64,000 nt of DNA from Desulfomicrobium sp. (GCA_040768745.1 JAXGMI010000001.1:256001-320000); one strand, 5' to 3'. Shown: positions 38,224 through 48,328, counted from the first letter of the stretch. The notes: a model not told the origin generated them from the sequence alone. A program made the numbers and translations.

Positions 38224-39039
38224 TCAGACCCAGGCCTCGCCCCGGGCCACCAGGGCCACGGGTCCGAAAATCCAGGCCTGGACCCCCTGGGCGCGCCGAT
38301 CGATCTGCACACCTATCTCCCTTCCGCTGGGCTGCACCACGTGGGCGGGCATGGGCAAATTTTGCCCACGCCCCAGCCACAGCGCCACGGCCAGGCTGCC
38401 GGAGCCGCATCCCGTCTCGAAGCATGTGGAGGCGGTGGAGCGCACCCACACCACGGGCTTGATGGCGCAGCCCGCCGCATGGGGGGCGTACCAGATGCAG
38501 CCCACGGCCTCTCCGTCCAGGCCGAATCTGCGCCGGAGCTGCGCCGTCTCCCTGACCACGTCCGCAGGAAAGGGATGCCTGGTCTCGTCCAGGCAGAGAT
38601 GGACGATGCCCGGCAGGCGGATGAGCCCCAGGCCCGGGCCCAGGTCGGAGACAGGGTCATCCGCGTCGAGCAGGGGCATCTCGGCCCAGCATTCCCAGGT
38701 TTCCCCTGCGGGCACGGCCCTGACCCTCAGTGGGCGGCGGGCCCCGGAGGCGCTCAACTCGCCGGCCCACCCTGCGCCTTCACGGAAAAGCCCCGCGCCC
38801 TCCGTGGCCATGACCGCCGCGGCGGACCGGCAGGCATTGCCGCAGAACTCCCCGCCCATCATATCCAGCCTGACTGGATGGGCCCCAAGGTCCAGAAACC
38901 CGACCTGCTCTGCCTGGAGATGGCCCCCGGCCATGAATGCTTGCGCCACCGCAGACCGCTCCAGGGGGTCCACGGGGTCAAGAACGAGGATGGTCGGGTT
39001 TCCGCCCGGAAAAACCTTGTAGAATCGCAGCGTGCGCAT
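38224..39039 (-). CDS. DapF-fold epimerase/racemase (CntK-like)
   Basis: PGGNPTILV, EQVGF, MMGGEFCGNA, ETGCGSGS. Confidence 0.7.
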   Translation of the reverse strand: MRTLRFYKVFPGGNPTILVLDPVDPLERSAVAQAFMAGGHLQAEQVGFLDLGAHPVRLDMMGGEFCGNACRSAAAVMATEGAGLFREGAGWAGELSASGARRPLRVRAVPAGETWECWAEMPLLDADDPVSDLGPGLGLIRLPGIVHLCLDETRHPFPADVVRETAQLRRRFGLDGEAVGCIWYAPHAAGCAIKPVVWVRSTASTCFETGCGSGSLAVALWLGRGQNLPMPAHVVQPSGREIGVQIDRRAQGVQAWIFGPVALVARGEAWV

Positions 39040-39159
39040 GTCATCTCCTGGAATGCGTAAAAAAAGAAACTATTCCAAGATAAAACCCTGTGCAAGGCAG
39101 TATTGACCGTGACCGTCCCCGCGGGTAGGACGGCCTTTTCACATGCAGCAGCGATCACC

Positions 39160-39951
39160 ATGACCTCCTATCCCAACGCCGTCATCCTGGGCATCGTCGA
39201 AGGCCTGACCGAATTCCTGCCCGTATCCTCCACCGGACACCTGATCATCGCCGGTCATCTCCTGGACTTCACCGGACCCAAGGCCGAGACCTTCGAGATC
39301 GTCATCCAGCTGGGGGCCATCCTGGCAGTGGTGGCCCTGTACTGGCCGACCTTCCTGGGTTTGCTGCGCCCCTCGCAGCGGCGCTTCAGCGGCCTGCGCG
39401 GTCTGCTCCTCCTTTTTCTGACCTCCCTCCCCGCCGCGCTCCTGGGCCTCTTTGCCCACTCCGCCATCAAGGAACACCTCTTCTCTCCCGTCACCGTGGC
39501 CTTTGCCCTGGCTGTGGGCGCGCTGGCCATCCTGGCTGTGGAAAAGCTCCCGCGCACCAAGACCGTGTTCACCTTGGACCAACTCAGTCCCGGCCTGGCC
39601 CTGGGCATCGGCTGTTTCCAGTGCCTGTCCCTTTGGCCCGGCTTTTCCCGCTCCGCCGCCACCATCATGGGCGGCATGATTCTCGGCGCTGACCGCCGCA
39701 TGGCCGCGGAGTACTCATTCATCGCCGCCGTACCCATCATGTTCGCGGCCACGGGCTACGACATGCTCAAGAGCTGGAGCCTGTTCAGCCCCGACGACCT
39801 CCTGGTCCTGGCCGTGGGCTTTGCCGTCTCCTTTGTGTCGGCGTGGCTCGCGGTGAAAGGCTTCATCTCCCTCCTGGGCCGGACGACCCTGCGCCCTTTC
39901 GCATGGTACCGTCTGGCCCTGGCCCCGCTGGTGCTGTGGATGTTCTGGTGA
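39160..39951 (+). CDS. uppP: Undecaprenyl-diphosphatase
   Basis: GIVEGLTEFLPVSSTGHL, PGFSRS. Confidence 0.94.
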   Translation: MTSYPNAVILGIVEGLTEFLPVSSTGHLIIAGHLLDFTGPKAETFEIVIQLGAILAVVALYWPTFLGLLRPSQRRFSGLRGLLLLFLTSLPAALLGLFAHSAIKEHLFSPVTVAFALAVGALAILAVEKLPRTKTVFTLDQLSPGLALGIGCFQCLSLWPGFSRSAATIMGGMILGADRRMAAEYSFIAAVPIMFAATGYDMLKSWSLFSPDDLLVLAVGFAVSFVSAWLAVKGFISLLGRTTLRPFAWYRLALAPLVLWMFW

Positions 39952-39955
39952 CGGC

Positions 39956-40582
39956 ATGACCATCGAATGCGAAGCCAAGTTCGCCCTGGAGAACTGCCTG
40001 GACCTGGAGCGTCTCCTGCGGCCGCGCGCCATGCTGGAAACCCCGTGGCACCTGGAGTCCAACACCCTCTATGATCGCGAGGGGGAGCTCGTCGCCACGG
40101 ATCGCCTGCTCCGGCTGCGCCGGGCGGACGGGGCGACCCTGACCTACAAGGCCCCGGCCCCGGATCCGTCCGAGCCCGGAGTGAAACGCCGGCTGGAAAT
40201 CGAATGTCCCCTGTCCCGCCCCGGTGACATGGACCTCATCCTGCGCGGGTTGGGCTATCTCCCCCGGCTGTGCTACGAGAAATTCCGGTCCGTATGGACC
40301 CTGACCCAAGCCCGGGTTTTTCTGGACATCCTGCCTTTCGGCCATTTTCTCGAAATCGAGGCCAGTCCCGCACGGATCCGCGGACTGGCCCTGGAACTGG
40401 GCCTCGATCCCCGGGCCGCCCTGAGCCAAAGCTATCACGATCTGCACCTGGTCTGGCTTCAGGTCCGCCATCTCGAACCCTGCGCCGACTTTGTCTTCAC
40501 CCCCACCGAAAAAGAGCGGCTGCAGCTGATGCTGAACTGCCCACCCTGCGGAGATGCCAATGCTCACCGACATTCAGCTTGA
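39956..40582 (+). CDS. CYTH domain protein (class IV adenylate cyclase-like)
   Basis: ECEAK, LRLR, LTYK, EIE, YEKFR. Confidence 0.82.
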   Translation: MTIECEAKFALENCLDLERLLRPRAMLETPWHLESNTLYDREGELVATDRLLRLRRADGATLTYKAPAPDPSEPGVKRRLEIECPLSRPGDMDLILRGLGYLPRLCYEKFRSVWTLTQARVFLDILPFGHFLEIEASPARIRGLALELGLDPRAALSQSYHDLHLVWLQVRHLEPCADFVFTPTEKERLQLMLNCPPCGDANAHRHSA

Positions 40583-41807
40583 AAAATACGCCGAGGTCCT
40601 GTTCTGGGGCATGCAAAAGGCCCGGGTCACCCCCCTTGCCCCGGGGGACATCGTCCTGGTGCGCACGGACATTGCCGCCATGCCCCTGGCTGAAAAAGTC
40701 CAGGCCCTGCTCCTGGAACGGGGGCTGAACCCGGTGCTGCGCTTCAATCCCCCGAGCGCCCTGGAGAAAGGCTATTTCACCCTGGCCGGGGAAACCCAGC
40801 TTTCGTTCATCGTCCCCGGGGACCGGGAACTGTACGAACGCCTGGACGGCCTCGTCTCGCTGCTGGCCCCGGACTCCATCACCCACCTCAAGGATGTCCC
40901 CCCGACCAGGATCGCCACCTTCTCCGTGGCCCGCAAATATCTGCGCGACATTCTGGACAGGCGCGAGGCGGTCCGACAATTCGGCTGGACCCTTTGTCTG
41001 ATGCCGACCTCGGCCCTGGCCGAAAATTCGGGCCTGAGCGAACCGGACTACGCGGCCCAGATCGTCCGCGCGGCCTACCTGGACGACCAGGATCCCGTGG
41101 CGGCCTGGGAACGGGTCTTCCTCCAGGCCCAGGGGGTCAAGAACTGGCTCAACGCCATGGACGTGGACCACTACCACGTGCAGTCCGCTTCCACGGACCT
41201 GCAGATCCACCCCGGGCAGCACAGACGCTGGATTGGCGTGTCCGGGCACAATATCCCGAGCTTCGAACTCTTCCTCTCCCCGGATCACCGCCTGACCGAA
41301 GGGGTCTACCACGCGGACCAGCCGTCCTACCGCAGCGGCAACCTGGTCCGCGGGGTGACCCTCGAGTTCCGCAACGGGAAGGCCCGGGTGACGGGTGCCG
41401 AGCAGGGTCAGGACTTCGTGCGCGCGCAGCTGGACATGGACCCCGGAGCCTCCCGGCTGGGGGAATTCTCCCTCACGGACAGGCGGTTCTCGCGCATCAG
41501 CGCGTTCATGGCCCACACCCTTTTCGACGAAAACTTCGGGGGGGAGCACGGCAACTGCCATGTGGCCGTCGGGGCGTCCTACGCGGACACCTACGCGGGC
41601 GATCCTGCCGAACTGACCGAGGAGAGGAAAAAGGAACTGGGGTTCAACGACTCCGCTCTGCACTGGGATCTGGTCAACACGGAACCCAAAAAAGTGACCG
41701 CCGTCCTGCGCGACGGCACATCAGAGGTCATCTACGCCGACGGAATGTTCACCCTGCCTGATCCGGCCACCCCGCACCGGGGGCCGGGGGCGCCAGGACA
41801 CAGATGA
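40560..41807 (+). CDS. M29-family aminopeptidase
   Basis: EKYAEVL, NIPSFE, GEF, FDEN..G..HVA.G, NDSALHWD. Confidence 0.85.
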   Translation: MLTDIQLEKYAEVLFWGMQKARVTPLAPGDIVLVRTDIAAMPLAEKVQALLLERGLNPVLRFNPPSALEKGYFTLAGETQLSFIVPGDRELYERLDGLVSLLAPDSITHLKDVPPTRIATFSVARKYLRDILDRREAVRQFGWTLCLMPTSALAENSGLSEPDYAAQIVRAAYLDDQDPVAAWERVFLQAQGVKNWLNAMDVDHYHVQSASTDLQIHPGQHRRWIGVSGHNIPSFELFLSPDHRLTEGVYHADQPSYRSGNLVRGVTLEFRNGKARVTGAEQGQDFVRAQLDMDPGASRLGEFSLTDRRFSRISAFMAHTLFDENFGGEHGNCHVAVGASYADTYAGDPAELTEERKKELGFNDSALHWDLVNTEPKKVTAVLRDGTSEVIYADGMFTLPDPATPHRGPGAPGHR

Positions 41808-41988
41808 CCCGCCCCTGCTGACGCGCCGGGCCAAAACCAGGACCAACGGCCTTTTGGCGGGCTAATCCGCTGGCAGAAGGGCCTCCTTACCGATCCCCGG
41901 GATGCATTCCCGTATCTTCCCCTTGCCTGTCCCGGAGCTTCTTTGTAGACGTGTCTAATCCGAACGGCACCGCAACAGGATGTTGACC

Positions 41989-42498
41989 ATGGAACACATG
42001 TCCTCCAACCTCGAAGACTACCTTGAGGTCATTTTCTCCCTCGAATCCCAGCATTCCGAGGCCAGAGCCAAGGACATCGCCGACGCCATGGGCGTGCAGC
42101 GGGCATCCGTGACCAACGCACTGCAGAAACTCTCCCAGCGGGGGCTGATCAACTACCAGCCGTACAGTTCGGTGACCCTTACTCCCGAGGGCTTCCGCAC
42201 GGCCACCCGCATCGTCCATCGCCACAAGGTCCTGTACGATTTCCTGCGCACGTTCCTGCAGATCCGTCCCGAAGTGGCCGCAGAGACCGCCTGCAAACTC
42301 GAACACGACATCGACGACGAAAGCCTGGAAACCTTGACCAAATTCGCACGGTTCATCATGACCTGCCCCCGCACGGGCAAAGACTGGCTGGAGGCCTTCA
42401 CCAGGACCTGCAGGGAGCGCGGGGGTTGCTCCAACTGCACGGAATGCATCCAGTCCTGCCTGGACCGTCTGGACAAGGCCCAATCCAAATCTCCGTGA
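41989..42498 (+). CDS. DtxR/MntR-family metal-dependent repressor with Cys-rich tail
   Basis: LEDYLE.I, DIA..MGV..ASVT, LTPEG, ACKLEH; tail CRERGGCSNCTECIQSC. Confidence 0.88.
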   Translation: MEHMSSNLEDYLEVIFSLESQHSEARAKDIADAMGVQRASVTNALQKLSQRGLINYQPYSSVTLTPEGFRTATRIVHRHKVLYDFLRTFLQIRPEVAAETACKLEHDIDDESLETLTKFARFIMTCPRTGKDWLEAFTRTCRERGGCSNCTECIQSCLDRLDKAQSKSP

Positions 42499-42519
42499 AT
42501 CACGACAGCGGGATGCGGC

Positions 42520-42547
42520 TTGACAAATTAGATGTATTAAATATTTT
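42520..42547 (+). promoter_or_regulatory. sigma70-like promoter of feo operon overlapping candidate DtxR box
   Basis: TTGACA at 42520, TAGATGTATTAA at 42529 resembles TAGACGTGTCTA at 41946. Confidence 0.5.
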
Positions 42548-42637
42548 CTCTGGCCACCCCCTCAATCCGAGCAAAAAAATCCGGTTTCCGCTTCCGAGGG
42601 GATTCACAGCAGAAACCGCCGATCAAGGAGAGCATTC

Positions 42638-42889
42638 GTGGGCACCATCGTCAATCTGCGCAGGATGCGCCTGGACCAGAGCGGGGTCATCAGGGCCATT
42701 TCCGCCCAAGGCGAACTTGGCCGCAGGATCCGGGACATGGGCCTGGTGCCGGGGACGGAGATCACCGTCATCGGACGCGCCCCCCTGAAAGACCCCGTGG
42801 CCCTGCGCCTGAAAGGGTTCACCCTGACCCTGCGCAACAGCGAAGCGGACTACATCACTGTCGAACTCGCGGATTCCGATCTTGTCTGA
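42638..42889 (+). CDS. feoA: Ferrous iron transport protein A
   Basis: RRIRDMGLVPG...APLKDP...LRNSEA; GTG start with AAGGAG. Confidence 0.9.
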   Translation: MGTIVNLRRMRLDQSGVIRAISAQGELGRRIRDMGLVPGTEITVIGRAPLKDPVALRLKGFTLTLRNSEADYITVELADSDLV

Positions 42890-45053
42890 ACCCACAGCCA
42901 TCACCATCGCCCTGGCCGGCAACCCCAACGCCGGGAAGACCACCCTGTTCAACGCCCTGACCGGTTCCCGCCAGCATGTCGGCAATTATCCCGGCATCAC
43001 GGTGGAAAAGAAGGAGGGGTTTGTGGACACCCCTGCCGGCATGGTGCGGGTCGTGGACCTGCCCGGCACGTATTCCCTGACCGCCTACTCCCAGGAAGAG
43101 CTGGTGGCCCGCGATTTCCTGATCCACCAGCGGCCCCATGGCGTGATCAACGTCCTGGATGCCACCAGCCTGGAGCGCAACCTCTACCTGACCGTGCAGT
43201 TCCTCGAACTGGGGATCCCTGTCACCCTGGCCCTGAACATGGTCGATGCCCTGGAGTCCAAGGGGATCCGCATCGATGCCCGCCGATTGTCGGAGCTCAT
43301 GCGCCTGCCCGTGGTGCAGACCGTGGCCAGGTCGGGCAAAGGGGTGCGCGAGGCCCTGGACGCAGCCCTGGCCAATCCGCAGAAAACCTGGGAACCGCTG
43401 CACATCTCCTACGGTCCAGACCTGGATCCCGTGCTGCAGGAGATGACCTCCCTGATCGAGGAGAGACATTTTCTGACCGCGGTATATCCCCCACGCTGGC
43501 TGGCCCTCAAATTCCTGGAGAACGACGCTGTCGTGCGGCAGCTGTTCGAGGCGGACCACGACCTGCACCGCAGCATGCGGGATCTGGACGCGACCGTAAC
43601 CGCGCACTGCGCCAAGACCCTGAACTCCCAGCCCGAATTCCTGGTCGCCGACTACCGCTACGGGTACATTGCATCCCTGCTCCGCCAGGGCGTGCTGACT
43701 ATCCTGCCAGACCTGTACAACCGGGCCGATCTTTCGGACAAGATTGACTCCGTGCTGACTCATCAGGTGGCCGGGCCGGTCATCATGCTTGCCGTCCTTT
43801 ACGGTCTGTTCAGCCTGACCTTCGCCCTGGGGCAGGTACCCATGGGCTGGGTGGAAGCCTTTTTCGGCTGGCTCTCCGGTCTGGCCGAGACGCTGCTGCC
43901 CGCGGGCCTGTTCCGGTCCATGGTGGTGGATGGCATCATTGCCGGAGTGGGCGGGGTGCTCGGCTTCGTGCCCTTGATCCTGATCATGTTTCTGGGCATC
44001 ACCTTTCTGGAGGATTCGGGCTACATGGCCCGCATGGCCTACATGCTGGACCGGGTTTTCCGCGCGTTCGGCCTGCACGGCAGCTCCGTGGTCCCCTTCA
44101 TCATCTCCGGAGGCATCCCTGGCGGCTGCGCAGTGCCTGGAGTGATGGCCGCCAGGACGTTGCGCAGTCCCAAAGAAAAACTGGCCACCCTGCTCACCGC
44201 CCCGTTCATGGCCTGTGGCGCCAAGGTTCCGGTTTTCATTCTCCTGGCCGCGGCTTTTTTCCCCGCTCACGGGGCCACTGTCATGTTCTGCATCACCCTG
44301 GCCGGCTGGGCCGCAGCCCTGGTGGTGGCCAGGGTTCTGCGCTCATCCCTCATCCGCGGGCCCTCCACCCCCTTTGTCATGGAGCTGCCTCCTTACCGCA
44401 TGCCCACGTCCATGGGTCTCGTGCTGCATACCTGGGAACGCGGGTGGCAGTACATCAAAAAGGCCGGCACCGTGATCCTGGCCATCTCCGTGCTGATCTG
44501 GGCCATGATGGTCTTCCCCCGTCTGCCCCAGGAACAATCTGCCCTGTTCAAGACGGAAATCGCAAAGCTGGAACAGCAACTGGCTGTCGCAGTGGACGAC
44601 GGGACCCGCCAAGAACTCCAGGCCTCCATCGATCTGATGGAACTGCGCCGCAAGGAGCAGGGACTGACCCATTCCCTGGCAGGCCGCATCGGACAGGCCA
44701 TCGAACCCGTGACCTCCTGGGCCGGATTTGACTGGCGGACCAATATCGCCCTGCTGGGCGGCATCGCGGCCAAGGAAGTCATCGTTTCCACCCTGTCCAC
44801 CGCCTACGCCATGAACGACGAGGGAGACCTCGGATTTTCCAGGCGCATTGCCCAGGCTGAGGGTTGGAACACCAGCGTCGCCGTCAGCCTGATGCTCTTC
44901 GTGCTCCTGTACTCGCCGTGCTTCGTCACCGTGGTGGCCATTTCCCGGGAGGCTTCGTGGGGCTGGGCCGTGTTCAGCGTGCTCTTCAACACCGGTTTTG
45001 CCTTTGGCCTGTCAACGGCCATCTATCAACTTGGCATACGTCTGGGATGGTGA
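42882..45053 (+). CDS. feoB: Ferrous iron transport protein B
   Basis: GNPNAGKT, GNYPG.TVE, DLPG.YSL, LEDSGYMAR, MELPPY, LYSPC. Confidence 0.95.
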   Translation: MSEPTAITIALAGNPNAGKTTLFNALTGSRQHVGNYPGITVEKKEGFVDTPAGMVRVVDLPGTYSLTAYSQEELVARDFLIHQRPHGVINVLDATSLERNLYLTVQFLELGIPVTLALNMVDALESKGIRIDARRLSELMRLPVVQTVARSGKGVREALDAALANPQKTWEPLHISYGPDLDPVLQEMTSLIEERHFLTAVYPPRWLALKFLENDAVVRQLFEADHDLHRSMRDLDATVTAHCAKTLNSQPEFLVADYRYGYIASLLRQGVLTILPDLYNRADLSDKIDSVLTHQVAGPVIMLAVLYGLFSLTFALGQVPMGWVEAFFGWLSGLAETLLPAGLFRSMVVDGIIAGVGGVLGFVPLILIMFLGITFLEDSGYMARMAYMLDRVFRAFGLHGSSVVPFIISGGIPGGCAVPGVMAARTLRSPKEKLATLLTAPFMACGAKVPVFILLAAAFFPAHGATVMFCITLAGWAAALVVARVLRSSLIRGPSTPFVMELPPYRMPTSMGLVLHTWERGWQYIKKAGTVILAISVLIWAMMVFPRLPQEQSALFKTEIAKLEQQLAVAVDDGTRQELQASIDLMELRRKEQGLTHSLAGRIGQAIEPVTSWAGFDWRTNIALLGGIAAKEVIVSTLSTAYAMNDEGDLGFSRRIAQAEGWNTSVAVSLMLFVLLYSPCFVTVVAISREASWGWAVFSVLFNTGFAFGLSTAIYQLGIRLGW

Positions 45054-45307
45054 TGTTTTTCTGCAAACACAAAGAAGGGCAGACCGGGGCCCGCACCCTG
45101 TGCGACCTCAAGGAAGGGGAAAAGGCCGTGGTGCGCTGTCTGGCCAGGACCCAGGATTGTCATGTGGGCAAGCTTGCGGCCATGGGGCTCACCCCAGGCA
45201 CCGAAGTGGAGATGATCTCCAACTCCAGTGGTCCCCTGCTGATCCTGGTCCGCTCCGGGCGGCTGTGCCTGTGCCGCAATCTCGCCCAGGCCGTCCTGGT
45301 GGAATGA
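45053..45307 (+). CDS. feoA: Second FeoA-domain protein
   Basis: KLAAMGLTPG; TGATG overlap with feoB. Confidence 0.8.
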   Translation: MFFCKHKEGQTGARTLCDLKEGEKAVVRCLARTQDCHVGKLAAMGLTPGTEVEMISNSSGPLLILVRSGRLCLCRNLAQAVLVE

Positions 45308-45993
45308 AGATCTCCGTCATCATCCCGGTCTACCGTGAGGAAAATCTCCCAGGGCTGCTGGCGGACCTCCTGGACCGGCCGGACCTGGAAGACACCGAAG
45401 TCCTGGTGGTGCGCGGCGATGCCGGACAGACGGCCCTGGACGGCATGGCCGGCCTGGGCGTGACCTGCCTGTCCTCCCCCCCGGGGCGCGGTCTGCAGCA
45501 GAACCGTGGCGCGGCGGCGGCCGCAGGAGATGTCCTGCTGTTCCTGCACGCCGACACACGGCTTCCCCACCGTGCCTTTGCCGCCATCCGCAACACGCTG
45601 CAGGACAGCCATCTGGCCGGAGGGGCCTTCCGCCTGGGCTACGCGCCCTCCTCCCCCGGGCTCGATTTCATCGCGGCGGCGGCCAACCTGCGTTCCCGAT
45701 TGACCCGGGTCCCTTACGGGGACCAGGCTATTTTTGTGCGCCGGGACATTTTCGAGGCCTTGGGAGGGTTCGAGGGCATACCCATCATGGAGGATGTGGA
45801 CTTCATGACCAGGCTGCGCAAGGCCGGACATCCTGTCCGCATCCTACATACGGCCGTGCGCACCTCGGCCCGCCGACAGCAGCGTGAAGGCATCGCGTGG
45901 TGCACGTTGCGCAACCTGCTGCTCCGCCTCCTCTATCACCTGGGCGCTCCTCCCCGGACCCTGGCAAGCCTGTACCGCAGGCACGGAGACTGA
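45304..45993 (+). CDS. GT2 glycosyltransferase (TIGR04283-like)
   Basis: ISVIIP, GR..Q.N.GA, LFLHADT, YGDQ, MEDV, TSARR. Confidence 0.85.
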   Translation: MKISVIIPVYREENLPGLLADLLDRPDLEDTEVLVVRGDAGQTALDGMAGLGVTCLSSPPGRGLQQNRGAAAAAGDVLLFLHADTRLPHRAFAAIRNTLQDSHLAGGAFRLGYAPSSPGLDFIAAAANLRSRLTRVPYGDQAIFVRRDIFEALGGFEGIPIMEDVDFMTRLRKAGHPVRILHTAVRTSARRQQREGIAWCTLRNLLLRLLYHLGAPPRTLASLYRRHGD

Positions 45994-45994
45994 A

Positions 45995-46657
45995 ATGCGG
46001 GTCATCGTGTTCACGAAATTCCCCCGGCCCGGGCTGGTCAAGACCCGGCTGGCCCGAAGCATCGGTTTCGATCACGCCGCGGCCCTGCAGGCCGCCTTTC
46101 TCCGCGACGAACTGGACATGCTCGCAGGGCTGAACGCGGCCGTGACCCTGTGCTGCGACCCCGTTGTTCCCCTGCGCGAGTACATGGACCTCCTGGGCCG
46201 CGGATTCTGCTACACCGAACAATGCGGGGCGGATCTGGGCCAGAGGATGATCTGCACCATGAACGCAGCCCTGGAAGACGGGCCGGCCCTCCTCATCGGC
46301 AGCGACCTTCCCGACCTGCCCCGGACGAGCATTGCCGAGGCATGGGAGATGCTGGACCATGCGTCTGTCTGCCTCGGCCCGACTCCGGACGGCGGATTCC
46401 ATCTGCTGGGACTGCGCCGTCCCCTCCCGCAGGAGGTCTTTGCCGGGGTGCGATGGGGGGCACCTGACGTGCTGGCCCGCTCCCTCGGCAACTTCAGCGC
46501 CCTGGGCATAGGGCCAAGGTTGTTGCCCTCATGGCCCGACGTGGACACGCATATGGATCTGCTGGACTACGCCCGCCGCAACCAGGACAGCTCCGCCCAC
46601 ACCATGGTCTACATCCGGGAGCACAATCTGGTTCAGAACTTTGGCATCAGCTCTTGA
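45995..46657 (+). CDS. DUF2064 / TIGR04282-like glycosyltransferase
   Basis: K.P.PG.VKTRL, GADLGQRM, IGSD.P, GPT.DGG, DVDT..DL. Confidence 0.85.
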   Translation: MRVIVFTKFPRPGLVKTRLARSIGFDHAAALQAAFLRDELDMLAGLNAAVTLCCDPVVPLREYMDLLGRGFCYTEQCGADLGQRMICTMNAALEDGPALLIGSDLPDLPRTSIAEAWEMLDHASVCLGPTPDGGFHLLGLRRPLPQEVFAGVRWGAPDVLARSLGNFSALGIGPRLLPSWPDVDTHMDLLDYARRNQDSSAHTMVYIREHNLVQNFGISS

Positions 46658-46667
46658 GGACGGGAAC

Positions 46668-47006
46668 ATGGCCGACTCCTGCAATACAGTCTATTCCACG
46701 GAACAGCGCATCTGCCGCAAATGCGGACAGGCCTCCTGCGTCTGCCGGGCAACCCGACCCCCGGCCAGGGGTCCTGTGCGGGTTGGCCGGGAGACCAAGG
46801 GCCGCAAAGGTGCCGGGGTGACCGTAGTCACGGGCCTGGGTCTGCCGGAGGCGGAAATGAAACAACTGCTCTCCGCCTGCAAAAAACGTTTGGGCTGTGG
46901 CGGGACCCTGCGCGGGGAGGTGCTTGAATTCCAGGGCGAACACCGCGACGCCCTGGTGGCGGAACTGGCGGCCCTGGGCATCGCGGCCAAGAAATCCGGC
47001 AGCTGA
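46668..47006 (+). CDS. yciH: SUI1/YciH translation factor
   Basis: ETKGRKG.GVT, K..LGCGG, EFQG. Confidence 0.85.
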   Translation: MADSCNTVYSTEQRICRKCGQASCVCRATRPPARGPVRVGRETKGRKGAGVTVVTGLGLPEAEMKQLLSACKKRLGCGGTLRGEVLEFQGEHRDALVAELAALGIAAKKSGS

Positions 47007-47147
47007 TGTCTTTTGGCCGGGATCGGGAAACGCCGTGACGAGACCTGGCCCGGACCCGGCACCGTTCCCCGGATTGCACCCCGTTGATGCCAAAAAAAAC
47101 CCCCGCCGGAAACCCAGCGGGGGCCTGCAGGCACATCCCAGCATCAC

Positions 47148-47639
47148 CTATCTGCTGAGACCGGCTGAACCCAGAAAGTTGACGGACATGATCTCGTACT
47201 CTACCCGCCCACGCGGCACCTGCACCGAAACCTCGTCTCCTTCCTGCTTGCCGAGAATGGCCCGTCCCACGGGCGACTCGATGGAAATGCTCCCTCTGGT
47301 GTGGTCAGCCTCGTCCGGTCCCAAAAGGGTATAGGTCCTGTTCTCCCCGCTGTCCATGTCCTCCAGGGTCACGGTGGCCCCGAAGACAACCCGGTCGGAC
47401 TGCAGGGTATCGATGTCGATGATGTCGAAACGGGCCATGCGCGATTCAATATGGCTGATGCGGGCCTCCAGAAGTCCCTGGCGCTCCCGGGCTGCGTCGT
47501 AGCCGGCGTTCTCACGCAGGTCGCCTTCCTCCCGGGCTTCCTTGATGGCCTGGATGACGGCTGGCCGTTCTCGTTTCAGACCTTCCAGCTCCTTTTCCAA
47601 ACGTCTGTAGCCTGCCAATGAAATGGGAATTCTGTTCAT
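47148..47639 (-). CDS. greA: Transcription elongation factor GreA
   Basis: GDLRENA.Y.AA.E.Q, IS.ESPVG.A. Confidence 0.94.
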   Translation of the reverse strand: MNRIPISLAGYRRLEKELEGLKRERPAVIQAIKEAREEGDLRENAGYDAARERQGLLEARISHIESRMARFDIIDIDTLQSDRVVFGATVTLEDMDSGENRTYTLLGPDEADHTRGSISIESPVGRAILGKQEGDEVSVQVPRGRVEYEIMSVNFLGSAGLSR

Positions 47640-47676
47640 CGTCGTCTTTCACCGTCACACAGGGTCCAGGGCCCGG

Positions 47677-47720
47677 AAAAAAAAGATGCTTTGCTCACCA
47701 GGGCCCGTGGGGAGCAAAGC
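47677..47720 (-). terminator. Intrinsic terminator in greA leader (attenuator candidate)
   Basis: GCTTTGCTC/GAGCAAAGC stem followed on minus strand by T8, ~38 bp upstream of greA start. Confidence 0.65.
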
Positions 47721-48328
47721 CATAACTGTAACCTCAGATGCGATCCGATATCCCTGGTAGTTCATCCCGGACTTCGGGTCAAGGCCCCATACAATCCCGC
47801 TGCCTGCCCAGGGGCGGAAACTCCGACCCTGCTCCGATGCCGGCATGACATGGCCAAGTTGGGCAAAGACGTCCACAACCGCTGGACGCAGCCGCCCGTC
47901 ATGCACATCCTGCACCGTGCGCATCTGCCGAATCATCTGCTCCAGACAGCCATCCTCGTTGACCAGAAGCCAGATGCAGCCCGCTTGGCTCCCTGCCGAG
48001 GGACAGGCAGGAAGGCCCCGCGGAAAAAAAGACCGCTGACATGGGACATGTGGATGTTCCTGGCCTGCGGACAACATTCCTGCACCTCTCTGGAACCGGG
48101 GTTCACGATCCACGATTTTGCGTGGCGGCCCGCATGGCCCTGTCGAGCAGGAACCGCTTGACTTCCCTGCCCTGGGACGTCAGGAAGTGCGGCGCGCCCT
48201 GCCAATACCGATCCCAACAGGCATGCGGACCGGAACTTGATTCAGGAATGTATTGCAGGCATAGTGCCATGGTCTGCGCGAACAACCACCATTGATCATA
48301 TTCAACTTCAAATCTCACAGGAGAACCC

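Noticed and set aside
47800..48300. Short ORFs between greA and the SLOG-like gene
   Set aside because: No motifs, RBS or host-like codon pattern
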